NCBI GenBank assembly: GCA_017443265.1 | Contig: JAFSOU010000015.1 | Coordinates: 399 to 64,398, forward strand | Direction of reading: 5' to 3' | From: Bacteroidales bacterium | GTDB taxonomy: Bacteria > Bacteroidota > Bacteroidia > Bacteroidales > P3 | Length of the DNA: 64,000 nucleotides | Shown: piece after piece, positions 17,389 to 27,353 of the stretch | Position numbering within the stretch: the first letter of the stretch is position 1 | Layout of the letters: the number at the start of each line of letters is the position of its first letter | The notes under the pieces: generated by a model | What the model was told of the DNA's origin: nothing | The model's input: only the letters and a program-made list of their open reading frames with translations | Database searches by the model: none | Program-made: the position numbers and the translations under genes

Positions 17389-18129
17389 TTATTGTTTTTT
17401 TATTTGTTCGCCTGTTTTTCCGAAACGTCGTTCGCGTTTCTGGTAGTCGAGAATAGCGTTGTCGAGGTCTTGTTTGCGGAAATCGGGCCAGAGTGTGGGG
17501 GTGAAATAGAGTTCGGTGTAGGCTATCTGCCAAAGCATGAAATTGCTTATGCGGTATTCGCCGCTGGTGCGGATAAGCAGGTCGGGGTCGGGGTAGGCGG
17601 CGGTGGTGAGGTAGCGTCCGAGTGTGTCCTCGTCGATATTGTCGGTTTCGAGGGTATGGCTGTTGGCGTCGGCCACTATCCTGCACAGGGCCTGTTTTAT
17701 CTCCCACCGCGAGCTGTAGCTGAGGGCGAGTATCAGCGTCATACGGGTGTTGGAGGCGGTGTCGTCGATGCACTGCTGCAGCTGTTTGCGTGTGGCCCCG
17801 GGCAGCGAGGCTGTGTTGCCTATGGTTTGCAGACGGATGTTGTTTTTCTGCAGTGTGGGGGTTTCGTCGCGTATGCACTTGACAAGCAGTGCCATAAGTC
17901 CCTCAACCTCGGCTTTGGGACGGTTCCAGTTTTCGGTGGAGAAAGCGTAGAGGGTTAGGTATTTAACCCCTAGCTCGGCACAGCGTTCCACGGTCTGCCG
18001 CACCGCTTCGATGGCGTTCTGGTGGCCGAAAATACGCTCGTGTTTGCGCTGTTTGGCCCAGCGTCCGTTGCCGTCCATAATCACGGCTATATGCTGAGGT
18101 ATATTGTTCAAATCTAATGTGTTATCCAT
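17389..18129 (-). CDS. uppS: Isoprenyl transferase / di-trans,poly-cis-undecaprenyl-diphosphate synthase
   Basis: HIAVIMDGNGRWAKQR and ...FSTENWNRP... are UPP synthase signatures. The start could be 18129 or 18162. Confidence 0.92.
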   Translation of the reverse strand: MDNTLDLNNIPQHIAVIMDGNGRWAKQRKHERIFGHQNAIEAVRQTVERCAELGVKYLTLYAFSTENWNRPKAEVEGLMALLVKCIRDETPTLQKNNIRLQTIGNTASLPGATRKQLQQCIDDTASNTRMTLILALSYSSRWEIKQALCRIVADANSHTLETDNIDEDTLGRYLTTAAYPDPDLLIRTSGEYRISNFMLWQIAYTELYFTPTLWPDFRKQDLDNAILDYQKRERRFGKTGEQIKKQ

Positions 18130-18146
18130 ATTATTATCGTTTATTG

Positions 18147-18989
18147 TCAGTATGCGTCGCACCGCTGGTGTTTGCGGAACACGTCGAATACGCTGAGTTT
18201 CACTGTTATACTCAATCCGAAGAAGGCGTACCAGTCGTCGAGGCTGTCGTCGCCGCGCTGTGTTCCGGGGGCGTAGGCGTGACCAAGCTCGTATTCGCCG
18301 CTGCGGTCGGCGAATATGGCGGCCATCTCCTCGGTGTTGGCGGTGAGCAGCTCGGGTTCCACGTATGTGGTGCTAACATCGTCGAGGTAGTCTGTCCACG
18401 TCTTGCGGAAGCCATATTCCGCCCCGACGGTGAAATATTTTCCTATGCGGCATTTCAGCCCTAGGCCGAAGGGTATGCTTAGCTGTATGAGGCTGTAAGG
18501 TTTTCGGTCGGGAAATTTGTCGAGTCCCTGCCCTTCGGTGCACAGTGGCTGCAGGTCGTACCAGTTGCCGTTGTACTGGGCTTGCGGGTTGAACCCGAAC
18601 ACCCCAATACCGGCGAACATATAAGGCGTGAAACGTTGGGCGTAGGCGCCTTTCTGGTAAGGCACGAAATTGAACTGAAGGGTGAGCGAGCCTTCTATAA
18701 CATGCGACCGGAAACTGAGGTTGCGTTTTTCGATGACGTCGGGGTTGCCGCCTTCGATATGTCCGTAGGCGAAGCTGAACTGCACAGCCCAGCGTGAATG
18801 GAAGTCGTAGCGGAATATGGCGGCGGCGGCGGGGTTCACCTTGCCGAGCACCGACTGGCTGTTGAGGTCGCCGATGTAGTTCATGCCGCCAAGCAAAAGG
18901 CCTATTTCGGCATCTTTCCGCAAAGTTTGCGAATGCGCCAGCAGGGGCAACAGCACCAGCAGAAGCGATATGCGTTTCAGGCCTGACAT
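18147..18989 (-). CDS. Outer-membrane beta-barrel protein, DUF6089-like
   Basis: Signal peptide MSGLKRISLLLVLLPLLAHSQ and alternating beta-strand pattern. Its position upstream of uppS is typical of Bacteroidota. The family name comes from memory of similar proteins. Confidence 0.6.
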   Translation of the reverse strand: MSGLKRISLLLVLLPLLAHSQTLRKDAEIGLLLGGMNYIGDLNSQSVLGKVNPAAAAIFRYDFHSRWAVQFSFAYGHIEGGNPDVIEKRNLSFRSHVIEGSLTLQFNFVPYQKGAYAQRFTPYMFAGIGVFGFNPQAQYNGNWYDLQPLCTEGQGLDKFPDRKPYSLIQLSIPFGLGLKCRIGKYFTVGAEYGFRKTWTDYLDDVSTTYVEPELLTANTEEMAAIFADRSGEYELGHAYAPGTQRGDDSLDDWYAFFGLSITVKLSVFDVFRKHQRCDAY

Positions 18990-19001
18990 TGTTTCAAATG
19001 T

Positions 19002-20003
19002 TTATTGCTTGTTTTCGGGGAAATAAAGAGTGTAGCAGATGCTCTCGGCCTGCATCATATAGTCGCGTTTGTCCTTGCCGGGAGCCATCACATAGCCGGT
19101 GAGCATGATAAGGTTTTCGCCGTCGGGGGCGAGAATGGTGTAGTTGACAAACGGCCCGCCGAGGAATCCCTTGCCCTGCAGCCGCCACAGGCCGCGGGTC
19201 TCCACACAATAGAGGTCGTTGAACTCCACGCGCTGAGTGGCCGACTCCACACGGCGTTCGGTGGACATGTACGAGCTGTCCACAGGTCCGGGGATGTTTT
19301 TCATCGAACTGTCGAGGTTGTCGAGTATGACGGCCTGTTCGAAATCGGAGGTTTTTTTGTACGGCAAGGTACGTATGATGAAACCGATGCTCATATCGGG
19401 AGTCTCCTTGCGCAGCCAAGCGAAACCGGGTGTCATCTGGCAAAGGTAATACTCGTTGGAGACGGTGATTTCGAAACCGAAGTTGTTGCGCAATTTCTGC
19501 ATCAGTTCATAGTTCTCTATGCCGGTAAAAGCGCGTTTGATACGTGTGTGCTCGCATTTCTTTATCTCTTTGTCGATGGTTGATATATAGCGGCGCAGGA
19601 AAGGAGCCACCGAATCGCGGTGCGAGAGATGGAACTCGAAAATAATCTGCGGCTGTGCCCAACGGTCGTGAGTCATGTTTACGATGTTGGGGTTGGTGTC
19701 GTTTACAAATATCATTATCACATTGCGATGCGAGATAAAGATGTCGGAATTGTAGAACGAGGATGTGGGGACATTGACCACGTCGTACGCCTGCTCGGGC
19801 TGGTTGAGACCTTGTATCGGCTCGTGAAGAATAGCCAGAATGCTGTCCTTTACAAGACCGCTGTAAACTACTTGGTCGGCAACCAGAAGCACCTCGAGAG
19901 TCTTGCCCGACGAACCGCGTTTTTTGTACGGGTCCGAATTGCCGATGCAGGCCGACATAAGCAAAGCCGCGGCTATCAATGATATTATCGTGTTTCTTTT
20001 CAT
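19002..20003 (-). CDS. Lipoprotein, DUF4837-like
   Basis: Lipoprotein signal MKRNTIISLIAAALLMSAC. There are no catalytic motifs. The family assignment is from memory. Confidence 0.5.
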   Translation of the reverse strand: MKRNTIISLIAAALLMSACIGNSDPYKKRGSSGKTLEVLLVADQVVYSGLVKDSILAILHEPIQGLNQPEQAYDVVNVPTSSFYNSDIFISHRNVIMIFVNDTNPNIVNMTHDRWAQPQIIFEFHLSHRDSVAPFLRRYISTIDKEIKKCEHTRIKRAFTGIENYELMQKLRNNFGFEITVSNEYYLCQMTPGFAWLRKETPDMSIGFIIRTLPYKKTSDFEQAVILDNLDSSMKNIPGPVDSSYMSTERRVESATQRVEFNDLYCVETRGLWRLQGKGFLGGPFVNYTILAPDGENLIMLTGYVMAPGKDKRDYMMQAESICYTLYFPENKQ

Positions 20004-20058
20004 AATTATTTGTTTTTATGAATAACTAAAAAATGTGCGATAAAGTATTTTTTTTTGA

Positions 20059-22386
20059 TTAAAAAGTGAACGAAATACCGAGGCTCGGCATAATGGGCAG
20101 CTGGTCCACACGTTCGAAAGTGAGGCGGTTGAAATAGAACATATTGTTGCGGTTGTAGATGTTTGTAACGCTCAGGCTGATGTCGAGGATGGAGCGTTTG
20201 CCGAAAGCGAAACGCTTTTTCACCGAAGCGTCGAGTCGGTGGTACGAGGGCAGACGTCCGCCGTTGACGGTTGCGTAGTATATGCCTGTCTCGCCGTTTT
20301 CGAGACGGTAGTCGGTGTTGAGGCCGCCACCGAAAGTAAGGTTCTCGTAAAGTCCGAGTGTCTGGGTGTAGGGGAAGCCGCTGCCGTAGTTCCAGCGCAG
20401 GCTGAACTCCCAGTCGAGTTTCTGGCCGGCCTTGTAGGTAAACAGCATATTGAGGTTGTGTCGGCGGTCGTAGTGCGGGTTGTAGGTGCCCAGCTCATCG
20501 GTGCGTTGCACAAAACCCAACGAGTAGGCCACCCAAAGGTACGACATGCCGTAGGTGCAACGCGCGCTGAAGTCGATGCCGTATGCCTTGCCGGTCTCTA
20601 TAATGAAATCCTTGCGGAGATATTCGGGCTTTTCGTAGATGCCTCCGTCCTGATATTCAGCAGTGCTGGGATACATCAGGTTGCGGTTCATATTCACCAG
20701 CTGGGAGAAGTTTTTGAAATAGGGTTCCACGTTGAAAAACAGCCAGTCGGTGGCATCGTATTCCACACCTAAGATAACGTGCTGAGCGTTCTGCACACAG
20801 CTGTTCACCTCCTCGCCGTGGAAAGTGGAGGTGATGCCCAGATTTTCGGAACCCGTGAGGAAACCGTTGAAAAGGTTCACCACGTCGTTGTCGGGACGGG
20901 CGTCGAGGAAATTCTGGCTATACAATCCGGCGGCAAGCTTGAAACGCAGGTCGTCGTTGAGTTTGTATTTGATGGCGATACGCGGTTCGGGGTAGAATTC
21001 GGCCACCGAAGCGTAATACACCAGCCGCAGGCCGGGTTCCAATATCCAGTGTTCGCGGTTCATCTTGTAGGTGGCAAACACGGCCAGCTCGCTGGTATGC
21101 TCGGTTACGGCAAACTTGCGAGAGTACTGGTTTTGGAAAGAGTAGTCGGTACGGAACATCTCCACATTGATGCCGTATGTGAGTTTGTCCTTGCCGAAGA
21201 AATTCACAATGTCGAGCACACCGGAAAGCCCGCCTATCTCGCTGGTACGCGGTGCCAGTCCGCTGTTCTGCACATCGCTGAACTCTATTTTGTAGTCGGA
21301 GTAGGCCAACGTTCCCTCCACCAAGGCGTCGCTGCCCGGAACAATGACAAAGTTGGCACCGGCGCCGTAGTTGTTCCATTTGTAGTCGGCAATGGACTGG
21401 TAGTTGGTAACCCAGTCGTTGTATCCAAAGCCGAACACGCTGAGCTTGCTGCCCGACGCCGATTTGAAACTCAGCTTGCCGTAAATGTCGAGAAAATCGT
21501 ATGGCAAGCCGCCGTCGATGTACGAATAGAGCAGTTTCGACGACTCGGAAAGGTATGAGTTTTTGGCCGTAACAAGGTATGTTATCGACGAGCCCTTGTC
21601 GGGACGTTCCTTTTTCAAGGGGCCTTCCAAAAGCAGGCCCGCCCCCATAGTGTTCACGCTGATTTTTCCCGTGTGGCGCTTGCTGTTGCCGTCGCGGGTG
21701 GTGATGTCGAGCACCGAGGATATGCGTCCGCCGTATTCGGCACCGAAGCCGCCGGTATAGACATCGGCGTTGAGGATTACATCGGTTTCGAACACCGAAA
21801 AAAGGCCTATGGAGTGGAATGGGTTGTACACCACCATGCCGTCGAGCAGGGTTTTGTTCTGAATCATGGAGCCGCCACGGATGTACAGCTGTCCGCCCTG
21901 GTCGCCTGTGAAGTTGATGCCCGGCAGCACCTGAAGGTACTGGGCAATGTCGGACTGACCGCCTATGGAAGGCATCTGCTGTATCTCCATCGGGGATATT
22001 TTCTCCACCGACACTTTGGTGTCTTCGCGGCGCTCCTGCTTACGTCCTGACACTTTGACGGCCTGCAGTGTCTGCGAAACGGATTTCAGCTCGATACGCA
22101 GTTGCACAGTCTGCCCTGCCGATTTTATCGTCACTTTTTCGGTATAGTCCTCGTAGCCGATACATCTTGCTATAAGAGTGTACTCTCCGTTGGGGATTTT
22201 ATTTATCAGAAAAAAGCCGTTGATGTCGGTGGCCGCTCCCAATGTGGTACCCTGCAACAACACATTGGCAAAAGGCACAGGCTCGCCGTTGTCCTTGTCG
22301 TACAAAAAACCTTTTACGGTGCTTTGTGCCATGGACAATATCGGCAAAAGCATTGCAAAAAAAGTTGAAAAAATGAGTTTACGCAT
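20059..22386 (-). CDS. TonB-dependent receptor with an N-terminal carboxypeptidase-regulatory-like domain
   Basis: VKGFLYDKDNGEPVPFANVLLQGTTLGAATDINGFFLI is CarboxypepD_reg-like. A plug region follows (ISPMEIQQMPSIGG...QLYIRGG), and the C-terminal barrel ends ...MPSLGISFTF. The start was set at MRKLIFSTFF. Confidence 0.85.
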   Translation of the reverse strand: MRKLIFSTFFAMLLPILSMAQSTVKGFLYDKDNGEPVPFANVLLQGTTLGAATDINGFFLINKIPNGEYTLIARCIGYEDYTEKVTIKSAGQTVQLRIELKSVSQTLQAVKVSGRKQERREDTKVSVEKISPMEIQQMPSIGGQSDIAQYLQVLPGINFTGDQGGQLYIRGGSMIQNKTLLDGMVVYNPFHSIGLFSVFETDVILNADVYTGGFGAEYGGRISSVLDITTRDGNSKRHTGKISVNTMGAGLLLEGPLKKERPDKGSSITYLVTAKNSYLSESSKLLYSYIDGGLPYDFLDIYGKLSFKSASGSKLSVFGFGYNDWVTNYQSIADYKWNNYGAGANFVIVPGSDALVEGTLAYSDYKIEFSDVQNSGLAPRTSEIGGLSGVLDIVNFFGKDKLTYGINVEMFRTDYSFQNQYSRKFAVTEHTSELAVFATYKMNREHWILEPGLRLVYYASVAEFYPEPRIAIKYKLNDDLRFKLAAGLYSQNFLDARPDNDVVNLFNGFLTGSENLGITSTFHGEEVNSCVQNAQHVILGVEYDATDWLFFNVEPYFKNFSQLVNMNRNLMYPSTAEYQDGGIYEKPEYLRKDFIIETGKAYGIDFSARCTYGMSYLWVAYSLGFVQRTDELGTYNPHYDRRHNLNMLFTYKAGQKLDWEFSLRWNYGSGFPYTQTLGLYENLTFGGGLNTDYRLENGETGIYYATVNGGRLPSYHRLDASVKKRFAFGKRSILDISLSVTNIYNRNNMFYFNRLTFERVDQLPIMPSLGISFTF

Positions 22387-22393
22387 ATATATA

Positions 22394-23425
22394 TCAGTGT
22401 AAAATTTTGAAAACAAGTTCTTTAATCAATTCCCCGTCGGTGATGGTACCGGTGTTGCGCACACCTTTGCTTTTAAGGTCGGCCTCTTTCAGGTAACCGA
22501 CGATAGCGGCCATCTTGGGCAAGGAGTAATTGCGTGCGGCTGTTTGGTAGTCGCGGACAAAAAACGGGGAAATTCCTAGAGCGGAAGGGGCTTGTGTTTT
22601 GTCGGCAAGCTGCTGGTATATCATCACCTTGATGAAATAGCTGTAGATATTTGGCAGCACGAGTTGTATTGGGTTTTCCTTTGGATTGGCGGCAAAATGA
22701 TTCACTATGCGGTTACATTTTAGCACATCCTTCACCCCTAGTGCTTTGGTCAGCTCAAACACGTTGTAGTCCTTGCTTATGCCTATCTCGCGTTCGATGA
22801 TGTCGCTGGTAACAGCGGAGCCCTGTGGCAGGGAGATGAACACCTTCGACAGCTCGTTGGCAATCTTGCTTGTATTGGCGCCCAGCGATTCGGCGATAAT
22901 GGCGGCACTCTGAGGCGATATAGTATAGCCCTGCTCTGCAACGTAGTTCATTATCCACCCCGACACCTGATTGTCGTAAAGCTTAGGTGTCTCAAAGAAA
23001 ACGCCTTTCGACGTTATTGCCTTTTTCAATTTGGCGTTTTTAAATTCTTTGTTACGGTAGCAAAAAGCTATTATCGAGAGATCGGAAGGATGTTCCAGAT
23101 AGTTGATAAGCAAATCCCATTCTCCAGAGTCTCTGGAATCCAGATGCTGAGCCTCTTTCACCAATACAAGTCGGTACTTGGTGTCGGGGAAGGTCGGGAA
23201 CTGCTTGGCTGTGTCGACAATGGATTTCATATTAGTGTCGATACCGTAAACCACCGTCTGGTCGAAACCCTGGTTTTGCTCGGGGACGACCTCTTTTTCG
23301 AAAAAGTCGGAAAGCACGTCCAAAGAGTGAGTCTCGGTTCCTGTGAAGAAATACACAGGCTTGACGGCACCTTTTTTTACGCTATCTATTATCTTTTTTA
23401 CGGACAATTGTTCTTTTGCAGCCAT
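22394..23425 (-). CDS. holA: DNA polymerase III subunit delta
   Basis: 343 aa. The N-terminus ...VKPVYFFTGTETHSLD... and overall length and pattern fit HolA. The call is moderately confident without an HMM search. Confidence 0.75.
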   Translation of the reverse strand: MAAKEQLSVKKIIDSVKKGAVKPVYFFTGTETHSLDVLSDFFEKEVVPEQNQGFDQTVVYGIDTNMKSIVDTAKQFPTFPDTKYRLVLVKEAQHLDSRDSGEWDLLINYLEHPSDLSIIAFCYRNKEFKNAKLKKAITSKGVFFETPKLYDNQVSGWIMNYVAEQGYTISPQSAAIIAESLGANTSKIANELSKVFISLPQGSAVTSDIIEREIGISKDYNVFELTKALGVKDVLKCNRIVNHFAANPKENPIQLVLPNIYSYFIKVMIYQQLADKTQAPSALGISPFFVRDYQTAARNYSLPKMAAIVGYLKEADLKSKGVRNTGTITDGELIKELVFKILH

Positions 23426-23447
23426 AAGCAGTTCAGCGATATTATAT

Positions 23448-25694
23448 TTATTTGATTATCAATTTCTTTACCGAAACACTATTGCTACCCACCACCTGTA
23501 TGAAATAAAGTCCGGCGACCGTCTCCGGCAATGCTATTTCGTTGTGTCCGTCGTCAACGCAGCCTTGGGAAACCACAGTGCCTTTGGAATCGATGATAAA
23601 ATACTGACGCGGTGCGGCATCGGCAAAATCCACAAAAACGCGGCTGTGCGGGTTGGCAGGATTGGGGTAGAGTTCAAAGTCGTTCTGCTCGGTGGCCAAG
23701 TCCAAACCAACATCGGTGGTGCAGAAACTTATGGTGTCGGTGCCTGTTACAGTACGCACAAGGCCGCCGTTCACATATCCTTGCAAAGTCAATTCGTTGA
23801 TCAGACGCGACAGATACGACGAAATAGTCATCCGCAGGGTGTAGCAACCTGGCCCGGTGCAGAAAGTCTCGCTAAAATCCACCGAAGTAAGCTCGTTGTG
23901 CGATGCCAGCACAGTGCCGTCGTCGCGCACAAACTGCCAACTTATGTAACTGCCGAACCAATCGATGTAACTCGAATACTGTTCGGGGATGGATATGCGA
24001 TATGCAACCTCGGTGCCGCTGTTCACAACAAAGGGGACACGGATGGTGTCGTTGGAGGTATTCTGGTCGGCAAGACCGTTTGGCAGCTCGCTCCAGATGG
24101 TCAGCACATGGCTGCCGGGAGTTACAGGCACGCTGTTTAGGGCGACTGCTTGCGACATGTTAAGTATCAACGTGCCGCTCCAAGAATATTGTTGCGGGGT
24201 TTGGTTGTCGAGTTGGTATTTGATTACAAGTGTGCGAAGGGTGTCGTTGCCGCGGTTGGCAATACGTATTTCGGGGTCGATGCTGGAGATGTTGCAGTAG
24301 GTGGAATCAATTCCGTTGTTGCTAACCACCACATCATTGCTCAGCGATGAGGTGCATGGGTCGTAGGCGGGGCAGGTAACGGCTCCGGTGTTGTTGGGGT
24401 CGAGCCAGTCTTTCAGGCGTTCCGACGACGACGATGCGTTGTTGTTTGTCCACGAATAGGAAAATTTGCCATAATAGTCGGAACCTTGCCTGTCGGAGCA
24501 CGAAGCGTCGCCGCCGTGCAGTTGGCCAATTATCTGATGATTTTGGTTGAACAACGGCGAACCCGACGAGCCGCCCTCGGTGGTGCCTTGCAGCCAGCGC
24601 GACACACACCAGTGGGTGCCGTCGTCGCTTGTGTTGTCGAGATAGGTAGAGCTGGTGCCCGCTCCGGCATGGGAGATCTTTTTCAAATCGCCGCTGGGGT
24701 GATGGATGCAAGTCATAGAGGTGGGTGCCGCGGTGCTACGCGACCAACCGAGGTACAGCGGGTTGTACGACAGCGGCACTGTGTCGTTCAGTTTAAGCAA
24801 AGCAAAGTCGGAGTTGGAGGCGTTGGCAATAAGCGAGGCATAGTTGACGGAATAGATGGTGGGGCCTGAGGTGCCGCTGCAGGTGGCCGACTCGTGCATG
24901 AACACAAAAACAAAGTTCGACGGGTTGGAGCCATATCCGCTCACACAGTGGTTGGCAGTGAGGAAATAGGGGGTGCCGTCGTTGGAGGTGTTGTTTATCA
25001 ACGCCCCTGAGCAGTGGGCACTGCCGCGGTTTAGTATCAGCGCCACACCGCGTTTCTCCAGCTGCCAGTTGGCCCCTTCGGGACAGTTGATGTTTATGTT
25101 GCACGAGCCCGAAGTACCATAAGCGCCCTTGTCGGACTTGAAAAATATGTCGCGGTAGCCGTGAATAACGGTGGAGAGTGTGAGCTCGCTTGCACCACGA
25201 ACCGACAGGGGCTCGTAGTACTCCATGATCACCGACTGTCCAGGATACAGCGATGTGGAGAACACATGCTCCGGATTGTTGCTCTGCTCGGTGAAAGCAC
25301 CCGTAACATATTTGCGGTCGGGGGTGTAGATGAACATACGGCCACCTTGCGGGATAACAAAGCGGTCGAAAACGAAATTGAGTGTCTTTGCCCCGCGGCA
25401 GGTAACCTTAAGCTGCCACACACGGTCGCCGTTGGGCAGTTGCTGCCATGCGCCGGCGTTGGTGAGCGACAGGTTGGTGTCGAGTTCGGCGCCGAAACGG
25501 AACGGGTGTTTGCTGTCGGTATTACGCGCGTCTTCGAGCAGATACTTCTCCACATCAACAGCAGGCATCACCACCTCGACAGGGTTGTCCAAGGTGTTGC
25601 CGAAAGCGTAAGGCTCGCCGCCACGGTTAATCTGTGCAAAAAGACAGGGAGCTGCGGCCAAGGTCAATACCACAATTATTATGTATCTTTTCAT
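23448..25694 (-). CDS. Secreted trypsin-like (S1) serine endopeptidase with a T9SS C-terminal sorting domain
   Basis: Catalytic triad contexts are FLTANHC (His), SDFALLKL (Asp) and EGGSSGSPLF (Ser). The C-terminal sorting domain is LYPNPANPHSRVFVDF...GLYFIQVVGSNSVSVKKLIIK. The start was set at MKRYIIIVVLTLAAAPCLFAQ. Confidence 0.88.
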   Translation of the reverse strand: MKRYIIIVVLTLAAAPCLFAQINRGGEPYAFGNTLDNPVEVVMPAVDVEKYLLEDARNTDSKHPFRFGAELDTNLSLTNAGAWQQLPNGDRVWQLKVTCRGAKTLNFVFDRFVIPQGGRMFIYTPDRKYVTGAFTEQSNNPEHVFSTSLYPGQSVIMEYYEPLSVRGASELTLSTVIHGYRDIFFKSDKGAYGTSGSCNININCPEGANWQLEKRGVALILNRGSAHCSGALINNTSNDGTPYFLTANHCVSGYGSNPSNFVFVFMHESATCSGTSGPTIYSVNYASLIANASNSDFALLKLNDTVPLSYNPLYLGWSRSTAAPTSMTCIHHPSGDLKKISHAGAGTSSTYLDNTSDDGTHWCVSRWLQGTTEGGSSGSPLFNQNHQIIGQLHGGDASCSDRQGSDYYGKFSYSWTNNNASSSSERLKDWLDPNNTGAVTCPAYDPCTSSLSNDVVVSNNGIDSTYCNISSIDPEIRIANRGNDTLRTLVIKYQLDNQTPQQYSWSGTLILNMSQAVALNSVPVTPGSHVLTIWSELPNGLADQNTSNDTIRVPFVVNSGTEVAYRISIPEQYSSYIDWFGSYISWQFVRDDGTVLASHNELTSVDFSETFCTGPGCYTLRMTISSYLSRLINELTLQGYVNGGLVRTVTGTDTISFCTTDVGLDLATEQNDFELYPNPANPHSRVFVDFADAAPRQYFIIDSKGTVVSQGCVDDGHNEIALPETVAGLYFIQVVGSNSVSVKKLIIK

Positions 25695-25730
25695 CGTTTT
25701 ATATTGTCGGTTATTTTGTTTGTCCAAAAA

Positions 25731-26933
25731 TTATTTATATCTGTCTTTCTTGGAGCCGCTGTAGAGGTCGAATTTCAGTAAACGGCACTCCAGCGGACCG
25801 TTGAAGAGGTGTATCTTGCGCGAGGGACGCAGGCCTATGTTTTTCATTGCCTCGAAATCGGAGGTGATGAGCCAGGCCGTCTTGCCGTCGCCGTAGAGGT
25901 TCTTGAAAGTGTTGCCAATCATGGTGTACATACTGTTGAGGTCGTCAACGGCGATACGTTCGCCATAAGGCGGATTGGTGATTATCATGCAGGGGCCTTC
26001 GGGCGGCTCCTTGGTCTCGATGGATTCGTTGTAGAGCATCACGTCGTGGTGGAGTTTGGCGTATTTCAGGTTGGTCTCGGCCTGCTGCAGCACACCCATG
26101 TCGATGTCGGAGCCCCAAATCTCGTATTCGAACTCGTGTATCTGCCTGTCGGCGCGTTCCTTTACCCGTTTCCAGTCGAGGATGCTGAACTCTTTCCAGC
26201 GCATGAAAGCAAAATTGCGGCGGTAATACTGGGCCGGTATGTTGTTGGCAAACATTGCCGCTTCGATAAGTAGCGTTCCCGAGCCGCACATAGGGTCGAA
26301 GAAACTGCAGTCGGCTTTCCAGCCGCTGAGCTGTATAAGTCCCGCAGCAAGCACCTCGTTGATGGGGGCTATGCCCACCGCCTGACGGTAGCCGCGTTTG
26401 TGCAGCGACTCGCCGGAGCTGTTCATCAGCAGGGTTACATGGTTTTGGAATATGTGTATGTTGAACTTGTAGGTGGGGTTTTCGGTGTCTATCGACGGAC
26501 GTTTGCCGAACATGGAGCGGAAACGGTCCACAATGGCGTCCTTGGTCTTGAGGGCGGCGTAGTACGAGTTGGTGAAAATCTTGCTGTTGGCTGCCGACTC
26601 GATGAAGAAAGTGGCATCCACGTCGAGGATATGCTCCCACTCGATTTTATATACGTTGTCGTAGAGCTCCTGCTCGTCGTTGGCTTCGAACTCGGCGAAA
26701 GGCTTGAGTATGGCAAGGGCGGTGCGACAGCAGTAGTTGGCTTTGTAGAGTGTCTCCATGGTGCCGGTGAAAGTAACGGCACGGGTTACGGGGGTGATGT
26801 CCTCGGCGCCAAGCTCTTTAAGCTCGGCGGCAAGCACCTCCTCCAGTCCGAACATGGTCTTGGCTATCATCTTGAAACGCTCGGCGTTGCTTTTGTGCTC
26901 CACCTGTTTGTTGCCTTCTTTAATTATTATCAT
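25731..26933 (-). CDS. THUMP-domain class I SAM-dependent RNA methyltransferase (RlmL/K-like, UPF0020)
   Basis: FDPMCGSGTLLIEA (SAM motif I) and IITNPPYGERI (motif IV). The start may instead be the internal MIAKTMFGLEEV. Confidence 0.85.
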   Translation of the reverse strand: MIIIKEGNKQVEHKSNAERFKMIAKTMFGLEEVLAAELKELGAEDITPVTRAVTFTGTMETLYKANYCCRTALAILKPFAEFEANDEQELYDNVYKIEWEHILDVDATFFIESAANSKIFTNSYYAALKTKDAIVDRFRSMFGKRPSIDTENPTYKFNIHIFQNHVTLLMNSSGESLHKRGYRQAVGIAPINEVLAAGLIQLSGWKADCSFFDPMCGSGTLLIEAAMFANNIPAQYYRRNFAFMRWKEFSILDWKRVKERADRQIHEFEYEIWGSDIDMGVLQQAETNLKYAKLHHDVMLYNESIETKEPPEGPCMIITNPPYGERIAVDDLNSMYTMIGNTFKNLYGDGKTAWLITSDFEAMKNIGLRPSRKIHLFNGPLECRLLKFDLYSGSKKDRYK

Positions 26934-26960
26934 GGTTTGAAAAGTATTTTTCAGTTGTAG

Positions 26961-27350
26961 TTATTTCTTTCCTAATTTATCCATAAAACGTTTGGAATCA
27001 ACGATATATCTAATATGCACCGCCTCCCCTATCTTGGCCACTTCGTCGTAAGCCTCGATGTTGAACACCAAACGTCGTCCGTCGGTTTCAACGAGTGTGG
27101 AATGGCATCGCACCTGCATTCCCAGCGGCGTGGCTTTCAGGTGTTTCACGTCTATTTCCGCTCCCACGGTGGTGAGGCCTTCGGGCAAAAGTTTTTCAAC
27201 AGAAGTGTGTGCCGTCTGCTCCATAAACGCCACAAGCGACGGAGTGGCGAACACCGGCAGCAACCCCGAGCCGCAGTTGGAGGCCGAGTCGCTGTCGAGG
27301 ACAGCCTTTGTAAGTTGGTTTTCAATACCTTTGCGGATGTCTATTTCCAT
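26961..27350 (-). CDS. Hotdog-fold thioesterase family protein
   Basis: 129 aa. The pattern ...ASNCGSGLLPVFATPSLVAFME...TVGAEIDVKHLKATPLG... resembles FlK/YbgC-type thioesterases. Confidence 0.65.
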   Translation of the reverse strand: MEIDIRKGIENQLTKAVLDSDSASNCGSGLLPVFATPSLVAFMEQTAHTSVEKLLPEGLTTVGAEIDVKHLKATPLGMQVRCHSTLVETDGRRLVFNIEAYDEVAKIGEAVHIRYIVDSKRFMDKLGKK

Positions 27351-27353
27351 AAG